A DNA stretch of 32,000 bases from Acinetobacter wanghuae (GCF_009557235.1 NZ_CP045650.1:420001-452000), one strand, 5' to 3'; shown: positions 8,463-17,740, numbered from the stretch's first letter. The notes: a model not told the origin generated them from the letters alone. Numbers and translations are program-made.

Positions 8463-9911
8463 TTATCGAAGAAGAGTCTTCGAAATCAGCTTATGAATCG
8501 GCTTATTAAACGGTGGGAGAATGTATTTTAAGCTATACAGCTTAGGATTAGACATTACTGACCGTTCATGCGACAAGCTGAAAAAGCCCTCGGGTCCATG
8601 ATACTTACCCATCCCCGATGCACCAACGCCACCAAATGGTAAATCGTCCTGTGCGACATGGGTGAGAACAGTGTTTTGCCCAAAGTGCCCTGAATGTGTT
8701 CGCTGTGCGACATAATCGGCACGCGCTTGATCAAAGTCGAAATAGTATAAAGCAAGTGGACGCGGTCGGCTATTAATAAACTCGATGACTTCGTCAATTT
8801 GATCATATTCCATGATCGGTAATATCGGACCAAAGATTTCATTTTGCATAATTTGTGCATCAGGCGACACATTGGTCACAACTGTTGGCGCAATTTTACG
8901 CACATCTGCCACATTTTCACCGCGCGGATTAATCTCGATAATATTGGCACCATTTTCACGGGCATCATCTAAATAGCCTTGCAGGCGATTGTACTGTTTG
9001 TCATTTACAATTGAAGTGTAGTCCTGATTATGGGCTAAATGTGGGTACATGCTTTCAATATAGGTTTTAAAATGACCGATAAATTCAGCGGTTTTACCCC
9101 GTGGTAGGAACATATAGTCAGGTGCGACACAGGTTTGACCCGCATTCCAGAGTTTGCCCACGGCAATTCGTTCTGCGACATCACGAAGATCAATTGATGG
9201 GTGAACCAGTACAGGTGATTTACCACCCAATTCCAAAATAACCGGTACGAGATTTTCAGCTGCAGCCGCCATGACGGTTTTACCGACATTGGTTGAGCCT
9301 GTGAAAATCATTTTATCGAAAGGTAAACGACAGAATGCATCAGAAACCGCACCACCACCATTAATAACTGCGACCAATTCTTTCGGAAAAGCTTCAGCTA
9401 AGGCTTTTTCAAGCACATCACCAAATGCAGCGGATGCACTGGAAATTTTAATCATGGCATGGTTACCCGCAGCCAAAGCACAAATTAAAGGTCCGACAGA
9501 CAATAACAATGGATAATTCCATGGCGTCATAATGCCGATCACGCCCAAAGGCTGATATTGCACCCATGCTTTTGCAGGTTGATGAATAATGCCAATATGA
9601 CGTTTAGAGGGCTTCATCCAAGCGGTGAGGTTTTTACTGTAATATTTAATTTGTTCAAGACACGTCAGTAATTCACCAATCTTGGTTTCACCAATGGAAC
9701 GGTTGCCATAGTCTTGATTAATTGCATCGGCAAATTGATCTTGATACTTAACTAAGATACGCTTGAGCCGTGCTAAACGATCAATACGTTCTTTTGCTGT
9801 CGGCAATGGATAGCGTGAATAAGCATGTTTTTGATGTGCCAGTACATCCGTTAAATGTTGGTGATCGAAAAAATGCGGTGTCATTGATGTTGTTTTTGTG
9901 TGACTGTTCAT
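8463..9911 (-). CDS. NAD(P)+-dependent aldehyde dehydrogenase (class-3 / coniferyl-aldehyde-dehydrogenase-like)
   Basis: 482 aa with the ALDH hallmarks ELGGKSP, the catalytic Cys region NAGQTCVAPDY and EIFGPILP. Confidence 0.85.
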   Translation of the reverse strand: MNSHTKTTSMTPHFFDHQHLTDVLAHQKHAYSRYPLPTAKERIDRLARLKRILVKYQDQFADAINQDYGNRSIGETKIGELLTCLEQIKYYSKNLTAWMKPSKRHIGIIHQPAKAWVQYQPLGVIGIMTPWNYPLLLSVGPLICALAAGNHAMIKISSASAAFGDVLEKALAEAFPKELVAVINGGGAVSDAFCRLPFDKMIFTGSTNVGKTVMAAAAENLVPVILELGGKSPVLVHPSIDLRDVAERIAVGKLWNAGQTCVAPDYMFLPRGKTAEFIGHFKTYIESMYPHLAHNQDYTSIVNDKQYNRLQGYLDDARENGANIIEINPRGENVADVRKIAPTVVTNVSPDAQIMQNEIFGPILPIMEYDQIDEVIEFINSRPRPLALYYFDFDQARADYVAQRTHSGHFGQNTVLTHVAQDDLPFGGVGASGMGKYHGPEGFFSLSHERSVMSNPKLYSLKYILPPFNKPIHKLISKTLLR

Positions 9912-9949
9912 GCAGCACTACCATGTTTTATAAAATCGATGAATTATTT

Positions 9950-9967
9950 TTAGAGTAATTACTCTAA
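9950..9967. promoter_or_regulatory. 18-bp perfect palindrome, candidate operator for the adjacent TetR regulator
   Basis: ttagagtaattactctaa equals its own reverse complement. It lies in the 126-nt divergent intergenic region, 39 nt from the ALDH start and 71 nt from the TetR start. A perfect TATAAT hexamer lies at 9997-10002. Confidence 0.55.
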
Positions 9968-10037
9968 TTAGTCAAGTTACTTTACGTGTTAGCGCCTATA
10001 ATGTGTGTGAATACGTGAACTGGATGGTTATTTTAGG

Positions 10038-10769
10038 ATGTCCCAAACCAAAACGTTAAAAACCAAAGAACGTATATTGCAGCTCAGTTTGCAGTTGTTC
10101 AATGAGCGCGGTGAGCGTTCAGTAACGACCAATCATATTGCCGCTGAATTGGGAATGAGCCCTGGCAACTTGTATTATCATTTTCGAAATAAAAATGAAA
10201 TTATCAAAGAATTGATGGAGCAATACCAAAAGCAAACTTTGGATATGCTGGCTTTGCCTGAAGACCGTCAACTTGATGCCAATGATAAAATTCATTATTT
10301 CCAAGTCCTAAGTAGTCAGTTATGGGCATATCGTTTTTTACATCGCGATGTGTATCATTTGGTAGAAAATAACGAGGATTTCCGTAAGTTGTATCCGCGC
10401 TTTGCCGGTCAAGTCATGCAACAAGGGCAAAAAATTTACAAAGCTTTTGTGCTTGCAGGTCTGATGGAAATGACCGATTCAGAAATTGAAGCATTGATCA
10501 TTAACTTGTGGATTGTGCTGACAAACTGGACCAACTTCTTGTATATGTCGGGTCATATTACCGACTCCAATACATTGGAAGAAAAATGGGTTTGGCAGGC
10601 GCTACGTCAAATGGTGTTCTTGGAAGGTGCATACTTACGCGGTGAGAGTCGTCAGACCTATGAAGGTTTGCTTAATAGTATGGGTGGTTCGGAATTATTT
10701 GCCAGTCTTTCATCGATTAAAAACTTGCAAGATGAAAGCGCTATTCAGAATCCGACAGAAACGCGTTAG
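10038..10769 (+). CDS. TetR/AcrR-family transcriptional regulator
   Basis: The N-terminal HTH region ERILQLSLQLFNERGERSVTTNHIAAELGMSPGNLYYHFRNKNEII is a typical TetR_N domain. Confidence 0.88.
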   Translation: MSQTKTLKTKERILQLSLQLFNERGERSVTTNHIAAELGMSPGNLYYHFRNKNEIIKELMEQYQKQTLDMLALPEDRQLDANDKIHYFQVLSSQLWAYRFLHRDVYHLVENNEDFRKLYPRFAGQVMQQGQKIYKAFVLAGLMEMTDSEIEALIINLWIVLTNWTNFLYMSGHITDSNTLEEKWVWQALRQMVFLEGAYLRGESRQTYEGLLNSMGGSELFASLSSIKNLQDESAIQNPTETR

Positions 10770-10817
10770 AATACTCGGCTTAATTTTTCATTTACCTGAT
10801 TAGTGACTTTAACCAAC

Positions 10818-11684
10818 ATGAATATGACGACTGCCAACACCGCACGTTTATTGATTACTTGTGAAGACAAGCCAGGCATCGTACAGGCCGTTTCAAGCTT
10901 CTTATATCATCAAGGTGCGAACATTACTGCACTTGATCAATATGCGACAGAAGCGCAGGGCGGGCGTTACTTCATGCGTGTTGAGTTTGAACTGGATAAC
11001 CTGCAAAGCCGTAAAGAAAGCCTGACACAGACATTTGCTGCAAATGTGGCTGAGCGTTATGAAATGCACTGGCGTTTAGCTTTAGTTAGTGATGTGAAAA
11101 AAATTGGTATTTTGGTGTCTAAAGTCGATCACGCTTTGCTTGAATTGTTATGGCGTCATGCGCGTGGTGGCTTACCTTGTGAAATCACTAAAGTGGTCTC
11201 AAACCATGAAACTTTACGTGAATCGGTAGAGAACTTCGGTATTCCGTTTGAAGTCGTTCCTGTAAATAAAGACAATAAACGTGAAGCTTACACGCAAATT
11301 GATGAGTTGATGCAAGGCAACGATTTATTGGTACTTGCGCGTTACATGCAAATTTTGGACGAAGAATTCGTGGAAAAATGGCAAATGAAAGTGATCAATA
11401 TTCACCATTCATTCTTGCCTGCATTTGTAGGGGCAAATCCGTATAAACAGGCGCATGAGAAAGGCGTGAAGTTAATCGGTGCAACAGCGCATTATGTGAC
11501 TGCTGATCTTGACCAAGGTCCGATTATTGAGCAAGATGTTGAACGTGTAAATCATGATTTTACTGTTGAGCAATTGCGTGAATTGGGTCAAGACGTTGAA
11601 CGTAATGTATTGGCACGGGCAGTAAAATGGCATTTAGAAGACCGTATTATTGTGGATGGCAATAAAACAGTCGTCTTCCAATAA
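10818..11684 (+). CDS. purU: Formyltetrahydrofolate deformylase
   Basis: An N-terminal ACT-like domain (LLITCEDKPGIVQAVSSFL) and a formyltransferase core (INIHHSFLPAFVGANPY, GVKLIGATAHYVT..LDQGPII). The start is uncertain: ATG 10818 or 10824, or GTG 10803. Confidence 0.88.
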   Translation: MNMTTANTARLLITCEDKPGIVQAVSSFLYHQGANITALDQYATEAQGGRYFMRVEFELDNLQSRKESLTQTFAANVAERYEMHWRLALVSDVKKIGILVSKVDHALLELLWRHARGGLPCEITKVVSNHETLRESVENFGIPFEVVPVNKDNKREAYTQIDELMQGNDLLVLARYMQILDEEFVEKWQMKVINIHHSFLPAFVGANPYKQAHEKGVKLIGATAHYVTADLDQGPIIEQDVERVNHDFTVEQLRELGQDVERNVLARAVKWHLEDRIIVDGNKTVVFQ

Positions 11685-11702
11685 GATTTGCTCAAGATTT
11701 TT

Positions 11703-11734
11703 AAAAAAGGCATACTTTTAGTATGCCTTTTTTT
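11703..11734 (+). terminator. Rho-independent terminator after purU
   Basis: A 9-bp stem, aaggcatac (11707-11715) with gtatgcctt (11721-11729), followed by a T run. Confidence 0.85.
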
Positions 11735-11786
11735 ATTTATCAATTTTTATTCACAAAAAAGTCAATGAAAGATGGGATTAGTAGTT

Positions 11787-11805
11787 GCAAATGAAAACAC
11801 TTCTC
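11787..11805 (+). promoter_or_regulatory. Fur-box-like sequence overlapping a putative tonB promoter
   Basis: gcaaatgaaaacacttctc matches the 19-bp Fur consensus GATAATGATAATCATTATC at 12 of 19 positions. The outer arms AAATGA and TCATTT are symmetric. It lies between TTGCAA (11785-11790) and TATTAT (11809-11814). Confidence 0.45.
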
Positions 11806-11899
11806 ATTTATTATTGGCATACTTTAATTGTGCTAACCGATGCGCATAATTGATCATTCAAATCAATGAGTGGTTTATGTCATCGAGGTAATAGATTTA

Positions 11900-12670
11900 A
11901 TGAGTCAAGTTGCTGTGCCCCAAATGCCTACTCCGCCGAATCAGATGAAAAAGAAAACCATCTCTATCGTAGCGGTAGTTTTGCTTGGACATGTTGGTGT
12001 GCTATGGGCAGTTAGCCAAATGAAAGCACCTGAGCTTGCGCCTGTTGAAAAGCAACCGATGAAAGTTCGTTTTGTAAAACTACAAGAAGCGCCAAAACCT
12101 TTACCACCGAAGCCAAAGCCACCAGAGCCTAAAAAAGAGCCGCCAAAGCCGAAAGAAGTTAAAATTGTAGATAAACCATTACCGCCACCACCGAAGAAAG
12201 TTGAAAAAATTCAACAGGTGAAAAAAGCAGAAACACCAAAACCAGTTGCACCTAAAGTTGAAGCAAAACCAACCCCGAGTCCTGTGGTTTCAACGGTGGT
12301 GACCGAAACTAAAGTGACGCCAAAACCAGCGCCAGTTGCACCCCCTGAACCTGTTGCGCCACCATCTCCACCAGCGCCTCCTGCACCAAAAAGTGTGTCA
12401 TTAGGTGGCGGTGTAAGTTGGTTGCGTTCACCAAAAGTATCTATGGCACCGGGTGAGATTCGATCAAGCTGCTCAATGACTGTTGATATTTCAGCGAATG
12501 AACAAGGTAAGGTTGTTTCCGCAACCGCACGAAACTCGTCATGTAGTTCTGCCGTAAACCGTAAGGTTGAAGGTGCAGTTCGACGTGCACAATTGACCAA
12601 ATATGTAGAAAATGGCGTGGCATATCCAACACGTGTGGAACAACCATTCGATTTTCAAATTAGTAAATAA
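11900..12670 (+). CDS. tonB: Energy transducer TonB
   Basis: An N-terminal TM anchor (ISIVAVVLLGHVGVLWAV), a long Pro/Lys/Glu-rich spacer (PKPLPPKPKPPEPKKEPPKPKE...) and a C-terminal TonB-like domain. exbB-exbD lie immediately downstream. I prefer ATG 11900 over the track's GTG at 11870. Confidence 0.85.
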   Translation: MSQVAVPQMPTPPNQMKKKTISIVAVVLLGHVGVLWAVSQMKAPELAPVEKQPMKVRFVKLQEAPKPLPPKPKPPEPKKEPPKPKEVKIVDKPLPPPPKKVEKIQQVKKAETPKPVAPKVEAKPTPSPVVSTVVTETKVTPKPAPVAPPEPVAPPSPPAPPAPKSVSLGGGVSWLRSPKVSMAPGEIRSSCSMTVDISANEQGKVVSATARNSSCSSAVNRKVEGAVRRAQLTKYVENGVAYPTRVEQPFDFQISK

Positions 12671-12692
12671 CGGCTAACCCATTAGGAGTTCG

Positions 12693-13319
12693 ATGATGAA
12701 CTTTTCAGTTTATTGGCAACACGCTGATGCAGTCAGTAAATCACTGTATTTCATCTTATTAGCGATGTCGATTGCAACGTGGACGATCTTTGTTTTGCGT
12801 CTACTCGGCACTCGTCAACTTAAAGAAATTGCATACACGCAGTTGTCCGATGCATTGAATAAGTTGAAATCAAAATTTGCGCCGTTGGCATTTGAACAAC
12901 GAAAAGCAGTCGCTGAACAAGCGCTATTACGTCAAATTACCGTTGAAAAAGCCAATGCTGAAAAAGGCGTTGCAGTTTTAGGTACGTTGGCTTCAATTGC
13001 GCCGTTTGTTGGTTTATTCGGTACCGTGTGGGGGATTTTCCACGCGCTTGTTGCTGTGGGTAAAAGCGGTCAAGCAGGTCTTGCTCAAGTGGCAACCCCA
13101 GTCGGTGAAGCGTTGATTATGACAGGTCTAGGTCTAGCAGTCGCAATTCCTGCGGTATTGGCATATAACATTTGTGTTCGTGTGAACCGTAGCTTAAGCA
13201 ACGAATTACAAGATCATGCACATAGCTTATTGATCGACACGATGTTGCAACAAGATTCATCTGCACCGAAAGCGCAAGCAACAGTGGCACAAGACAAATT
13301 GGTTGGAGGTCAAGCTTAA
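12693..13319 (+). CDS. exbB: MotA/TolQ/ExbB-family proton channel
   Basis: Three TM segments and the conserved LASIAPFVGLFGTVWGI...GEALIMTGLGLAVAIPAV region. The gene lies between tonB and exbD. Confidence 0.88.
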   Translation: MMNFSVYWQHADAVSKSLYFILLAMSIATWTIFVLRLLGTRQLKEIAYTQLSDALNKLKSKFAPLAFEQRKAVAEQALLRQITVEKANAEKGVAVLGTLASIAPFVGLFGTVWGIFHALVAVGKSGQAGLAQVATPVGEALIMTGLGLAVAIPAVLAYNICVRVNRSLSNELQDHAHSLLIDTMLQQDSSAPKAQATVAQDKLVGGQA

Positions 13320-13723
13320 TGGCTTTTCAATTGGGTGAAGACAACGATACAGGCATGAATGAGATGAATCTCATTCCCTTGATCGACATTATGTTGGTAT
13401 TGATGATCATCTTTTTGGTGACAGCGACCGTTGCTAACCCATCAATTCCATTAAACTTACCAGAAATGACGGATGAAATTCATCCACCGCCTCCTGAATC
13501 TGTTACTGTAAATATTAAAGAAAGTGGTGAGATTGTTGTGGATAATCGCACGGTCACTTTCGATGAACTACATGTTATATTTCAAGAGAAAGCGGCAATA
13601 GATAAAAAGACCTCTATTCAATTACAAGCTGATGGTGATACACGTTACGATAATGTAGGACAAGTGATGAAACATGCGAGTGAAGCCGGACTCAGTGACA
13701 TTGCTTTTGTTAGTAAAGACTAA
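13319..13723 (+). CDS. exbD: Biopolymer transport protein ExbD/TolR
   Basis: MNLIPLIDIMLVLMIIFLV is a typical ExbD N-terminus. The start overlaps the exbB stop (TAATG). Confidence 0.88.
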   Translation: MAFQLGEDNDTGMNEMNLIPLIDIMLVLMIIFLVTATVANPSIPLNLPEMTDEIHPPPPESVTVNIKESGEIVVDNRTVTFDELHVIFQEKAAIDKKTSIQLQADGDTRYDNVGQVMKHASEAGLSDIAFVSKD

Positions 13724-13735
13724 TGATGTTCCTTC

Positions 13736-13765
13736 AAAAAAAGCGACCTTGAGGTCGCTTTTTTT
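13736..13765. terminator. Bidirectional rho-independent terminator between exbD and msrA
   Basis: An 8-bp stem, aagcgacc (13741-13748) with ggtcgctt (13753-13760), loop ttga, flanked by A and T runs. Confidence 0.85.
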
Positions 13766-13776
13766 ATGTCATGACT

Positions 13777-14295
13777 TTATTTAAGTAAGTCGACAAACTT
13801 ACTACGTAGCTTATTTAATTTAGGCGGGATTGCAAAGTTGCAGTAGCCTTGATTGGGATTCTTTGCAAAGAAGTTCTGATGATAGTCTTCGGCTGGATAG
13901 AACGTTGGGGCAGGGCTCAGTTCAGTCACAATATTAATGCCTTCTGCTTTGAGTTCATCAATCATGACTTGTGCTTCATCGCGCTGAGTTTCATTTAAGT
14001 AATAAATGACAGAGCGATACTGTGTCCCGACATCGTTACCTTGGCGGTTCAATGTCGTTGGATCGTGTGTGGCAAAGAACACATCCAGAATTTGTTTAAA
14101 ACTGATTTGACTGTCATCGAAGTCAATTAAAATCACTTCTGCATGATTGGTATCACCACGGCAGATATCGTCATAGGTGGGATTGGTCGTATGTCCACCT
14201 GCATAGCCGCTTACGACTTTCTCAATGCCTTGAATTTGTAGAAATACTGCTTCCGTACACCAAAAGCAGCCACCACCTAACAGTGCTTGTTGCAT
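13777..14295 (-). CDS. msrA: Peptide-methionine (S)-S-oxide reductase
   Basis: The GGGCFWC active-site motif at the N-terminus and AEDYHQNF near the C-terminus. Confidence 0.93.
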   Translation of the reverse strand: MQQALLGGGCFWCTEAVFLQIQGIEKVVSGYAGGHTTNPTYDDICRGDTNHAEVILIDFDDSQISFKQILDVFFATHDPTTLNRQGNDVGTQYRSVIYYLNETQRDEAQVMIDELKAEGINIVTELSPAPTFYPAEDYHQNFFAKNPNQGYCNFAIPPKLNKLRSKFVDLLK

Positions 14296-14359
14296 GCCTC
14301 TATCCTTTATGGAGTTAAAAAGTCTCTTTCTTGATTGTATACCGAAATCAAGTGATATA

Positions 14360-14385
14360 AAAAACCTGAATCATCAGGCTTTTTT
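14360..14385 (-). terminator. Rho-independent terminator after the META lipoprotein gene
   Basis: A 5-bp stem, cctga (14365-14369) with tcagg (14374-14378), with a T run on the minus strand (plus-strand A run 14359-14364). The stem is short. Confidence 0.5.
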
Positions 14386-14396
14386 ATAGAAAGAAA

Positions 14397-14861
14397 TTAA
14401 CGTGGTTGAATAGGTGTTTCAAGCTGAATCAATAAGTTGCCATGTTTGTCGAGCAGTTTTAAGGTTTTTGCATACACTTGATAATGGGTCACTTTATTGA
14501 GTGCTACATTAAAGTCTCGATCAATATTGTTGTTATTGAGGCAAGCCATTTGAGTACCCGCCATTTGACTTAATGTCAGTGTGTCGCCTACGACTTGGTA
14601 GCTGCCCATAATGCGATTACAGCCATCTGCACCTGAAACACGCTGTGATGCTGAATCAAATTGTAGGCTTGGAATATTGCGTGCAGTTGGTGCGGTTTTA
14701 ATTTCGGTATTGCCAATTTGAGTGGCGATCCAAGTACGGTTTTGTAGACGTTCTGCATTTTGCGCAGATTGTTGGTTATTTGGCATGGTTTCACAGCCCG
14801 CAAGCATGACTACAGAACTCAAGATCGCAATAGACATTGATTTTTTTAACATCGGATTCAC
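14397..14861 (-). CDS. META-domain (HslJ-like) lipoprotein
   Basis: A signal peptide with the lipobox MLAGC, and a META-like core (SLQFDSASQRVSGADGCNRIMGSY...MAGTQMAC). Confidence 0.75.
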   Translation of the reverse strand: MNPMLKKSMSIAILSSVVMLAGCETMPNNQQSAQNAERLQNRTWIATQIGNTEIKTAPTARNIPSLQFDSASQRVSGADGCNRIMGSYQVVGDTLTLSQMAGTQMACLNNNNIDRDFNVALNKVTHYQVYAKTLKLLDKHGNLLIQLETPIQPR

Positions 14862-14960
14862 GCATTCTCATGTTGTTGTTATTTGTATATAAACAAAAAA
14901 ACAGCATGCTGACCAGTTTAATTTGTATCTGCATAGACGTATAAAAACGGTCATTTAGGC

Positions 14961-16007
14961 TTAATCTATCTTCGGTTTGGGCAAGCCATTTCGAATTATT
15001 TCAGAATATTGCTCGCTGCTCATGTGCTGAAATGATTTTACCTTTGGATTGACATGCGCACGTGCATACCATGTTTGCATGTTTAACGATGGATCAATGG
15101 CATTTAAGTCGTGCATATAATTAGGCAAATAGCCCGAAGCAATCAAACGATAGTCAAAGGGAAGTGGCTGTTTAGACACAGCTTGCACCATATCAAAGAC
15201 CAAAGTCGTGCAGTTACTGGTTAAGGTGTTGTACCACTTTGGCTGCTTCGCTAATTCATCCACTTTCAGTAAATATTCTTCAAATAATGCCTTTGCTTCA
15301 GCTTTAGGCATATTGACGGGGAAAAAATAAACTTGCTCACCACGGGTATTACTGCGCGTATAAATAATATCTTTTTCATCTGATGCGACAAGGCTAAGCT
15401 CAAACTTGCGGAAGAATCCACCAATCGCAGAAAAATCTTCCGTTTTCTCTTTGCGAATTTCAATAGAAAAGGTCAGCGGTTTTTGATTGGCAAAATCAAA
15501 ACTCACCAACGTATGCGCAATTTGTGGCCCCATCCAATAGGAGGTCACAATATTTACCCCATTAATTTGATCAAGATCAAACTGACGCGTTTCCCAACGT
15601 TCAATGTAACTGCCATTCGCCTTCCAATCAAAATTGCGAACATTGTGCAAGGTGACCAAATTGCCTTGTTTTTCGTAGCTTAAAACTTTAGCAACCTCAG
15701 GATTCCACTCACGATCTTGCCGAGCTTCTAGGCTAAAATACCAAAATAAGCCCAACAAAAATGCAAAAATATACAGAAGAATATCAGCGGGTTTTGAAAT
15801 AAGATGACGGCTAAAATACAGCCCCAAGACACAGCAAGAAAATAGTGCCCACAGTACAATCAGGACGATACTTCCTATATTTCCTAAGGGCTGTTGTATC
15901 CAAACAGCAAGACCGAGCCAAATACTTGAAATCAGCACAAATAGGCTGAAAATGACAGTAAGAATCCAATTGCTCCAAGCGGGTAAAGCCTTGCTGGTGT
16001 TTTGCAT
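14961..16007 (-). CDS. Membrane protein with a DUF4105-like (Lnb N-terminal-like) periplasmic domain
   Basis: N-terminal TM helices, then NVRNFDW...VSFDF...FSIEIRKE...YNTLTSNCTT, which I recognise as the DUF4105 pattern. This comes from memory, not a search. Confidence 0.6.
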   Translation of the reverse strand: MQNTSKALPAWSNWILTVIFSLFVLISSIWLGLAVWIQQPLGNIGSIVLIVLWALFSCCVLGLYFSRHLISKPADILLYIFAFLLGLFWYFSLEARQDREWNPEVAKVLSYEKQGNLVTLHNVRNFDWKANGSYIERWETRQFDLDQINGVNIVTSYWMGPQIAHTLVSFDFANQKPLTFSIEIRKEKTEDFSAIGGFFRKFELSLVASDEKDIIYTRSNTRGEQVYFFPVNMPKAEAKALFEEYLLKVDELAKQPKWYNTLTSNCTTLVFDMVQAVSKQPLPFDYRLIASGYLPNYMHDLNAIDPSLNMQTWYARAHVNPKVKSFQHMSSEQYSEIIRNGLPKPKID

Positions 16008-16035
16008 ACCGAGATCTTATTTGAAATTATATGCT

Positions 16036-16548
16036 TTATTTTCGGTAGGTTGCGAACTCGAAAGCAATCCCAGTTTTGTCGTCAATGTGTTGTTCTGAGG
16101 CAATTTTTTTGAACTCAGCAGGAATGGCAGGATAATAAGCATCACCTTGCACATCTAGTTCAACATGGGTCAGTTCTAAACGGTCTGCAATATTCAGTGT
16201 TTGTTTAAAGATTTCACCGCCACCGATAATGAATACGGTTTCTGGTTTTTCTGAGGCTTTAACATCTGCTACTGCTTGAGTTAGAGCATCCTCAATACTA
16301 TAAGCCACTTTAGTACCTTCAAATGCCCAATGCTGATCACGGGTAATGATCCAATTAACGCGTTTAGGCAAGGTTCGTCCCATCGACTCTAACGTCTTAC
16401 GTCCCATCACCACCACACCACCTTGGGTGATTTCTTTGAAATGTTTCAGGTCAGCCGAAATATGCCACGGTAAATCATTGCCTTTACCAATACAGCGCTG
16501 TTGATCCATGGCAACCACGTGTACCACTTCTAAGTTTTGAAATGCCAT
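16036..16548 (-). CDS. folA: Dihydrofolate reductase
   Basis: VVAMDQQRCIGKGNDLPWHISADLKHFKEIT...VVMGRKTLESMG...FIIGGGEIF are canonical DHFR motifs. Confidence 0.93.
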   Translation of the reverse strand: MAFQNLEVVHVVAMDQQRCIGKGNDLPWHISADLKHFKEITQGGVVVMGRKTLESMGRTLPKRVNWIITRDQHWAFEGTKVAYSIEDALTQAVADVKASEKPETVFIIGGGEIFKQTLNIADRLELTHVELDVQGDAYYPAIPAEFKKIASEQHIDDKTGIAFEFATYRK

Positions 16549-16671
16549 TTTGAAAAATCCTTGAAAGCATCCCTGAATTCATCCAAATTTTTGCTTTTTG
16601 AGAGGGATGAACATGGGATTAAACAATTGAGGTTGAATCATTCTTAATTTTAGACGGGGGAATGTGAGGTT

Positions 16672-16710
16672 TTGACCTCTCCCTAACCCTCTCCTTAAAG
16701 GAGAGAGAAT
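16672..16710 (+). repeat. REP-like palindromic repeat, copy 1
   Basis: ttgacctctccctaaccctctccttaaaggagagagaat matches the reverse complement of 26611-26649 at 36 of 39 positions. It contains the internal hairpin ctctcctt/aaggagag. Weaker similarity extends about 15 nt upstream (16656-16669). Confidence 0.8.
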
Positions 16711-16725
16711 ACAGAAATAGGTAAA

Positions 16726-17568
16726 TTAAACCGCGACAGGCGCTTTAATGCCCGGATGTGACTCATAGCCGACAATTTCGATGTCTTCAAATTTAAAATC
16801 GAATAAATCTTTGACTTCAGGATTCAACTTTAACTGACATAAACCGAGGGGTTCACGGCTAAGCTGTAATTTGGCTTGTTCAAAATGGTTGCTATATAAA
16901 TGCGTATCACCACCTGTCCAGACAAAGTCACCGACATCTAAGTCACAGACTTGTGCGATCATGTGGGTCAATAGCGCATAGCTTGCAATATTAAATGGCA
17001 CACCTAGGAACACGTCAGCACTGCGTTGATACAACTGACAAGACAATTTGCCGTTATGTACAAAGAATTGGAACAAGGTATGACAAGGTGGCAAAGCAAC
17101 CGTACCCGCTTCATTCGGGTTCCAACCTGACACGATTAAACGACGTGAATTCGGATTGGTTTTAATTTCATTGATGAGCCATTGAATTTGATCAAAGCCA
17201 TCTTTGTTAAAGCTGTTATCTGGGTTTTTAGTCGCACCAAAGTTACGCCATTGATGACCGTAAACTGGCCCTAATTCGCCCTCAGGACGACCAAAGCGCG
17301 CAGTTTGTTCCGCAGTAGACCATTCATCCCAAATTGAAACTTTATGGTCTTTTAAATATTGAACGTTGGTGTCACCTTTTAAAAACCACAACAGTTCAAT
17401 CACGATTGAACGGAAATGCACTTTTTTAGTGGTCAATAAAGGAAAACCTTTTGAAAGATCAAAACGCATTTGATGACCAAAAACCGAACGTGTCCCAGTC
17501 CCAGTACGGTCGCCTTTGTCACCGCCGTTGTCGAGGATATGTTGTAAAAGGTCAAGATATTGGCGCAT
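16726..17568 (-). CDS. thyA: Thymidylate synthase
   Basis: [15 protein letters not shown]...DRTGTGT...[12 protein letters not shown]...[16 protein letters not shown] are canonical ThyA motifs. Confidence 0.96.
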   Translation of the reverse strand: MRQYLDLLQHILDNGGDKGDRTGTGTRSVFGHQMRFDLSKGFPLLTTKKVHFRSIVIELLWFLKGDTNVQYLKDHKVSIWDEWSTAEQTARFGRPEGELGPVYGHQWRNFGATKNPDNSFNKDGFDQIQWLINEIKTNPNSRRLIVSGWNPNEAGTVALPPCHTLFQFFVHNGKLSCQLYQRSADVFLGVPFNIASYALLTHMIAQVCDLDVGDFVWTGGDTHLYSNHFEQAKLQLSREPLGLCQLKLNPEVKDLFDFKFEDIEIVGYESHPGIKAPVAV

Positions 17569-17698
17569 AGTTCTCTCTGTAAAATATGTTAAAAATGCTC
17601 AATACAAAGTTGAGTCATTTCAATTTGAGCTCATCATACCATTTTTTTTTCGGACTTCGCAGCGCTGAAATTTGCGATACTCAATCTTATATCCGTAA

Positions 17699-17723
17699 AT
17701 AAAAAAGCACCCAATTTGGGTGC
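17699..17723 (-). terminator. Rho-independent terminator after the lipocalin gene
   Basis: Stem gcaccca (17707-17713) pairs with tgggtgc (17717-17723). On the minus strand it is followed by a T6 run (plus-strand A run 17701-17706). Confidence 0.75.
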
Positions 17724-17740
17724 TTTGAATAAACAAATAT

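Noticed and set aside
8280-8531. An 83-aa plus-strand ORF spanning the rpmB start region and the aldehyde dehydrogenase 3' end.
   Set aside because: It overlaps the rpmB start, the rpmB promoter region, the ALDH terminator hairpin and the ALDH stop. The translation has no protein-like features.
11870-11899. The GTG start at 11870 for tonB, and likewise GTG 10803 for purU, as given by the ORF track.
   Set aside because: Downstream ATG codons (11900 and 10818) give N-termini that look more typical. For tonB, GAGG lies about 12 nt upstream of 11900. The start positions remain uncertain but do not affect gene identity.
12060-12420. A repetitive CCA/CCG/AAA-rich tract in tonB, plus the 129-aa antisense ORF at 12211-12600. 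I considered whether this was a tandem repeat or other non-coding array.
   Set aside because: It is the Pro/Lys/Glu-rich periplasmic spacer typical of TonB, so the repetitiveness reflects coding low complexity. The antisense ORF is a by-product of that biased composition.
10818-17568. Apparent clustering of folate and one-carbon genes (purU, folA, thyA) as a functional island.
   Set aside because: The genes are separated by unrelated units (tonB-exbBD, msrA, the META lipoprotein gene, the DUF4105-like gene) and lie on different strands. thyA-folA proximity is common backbone synteny, so this is ordinary.
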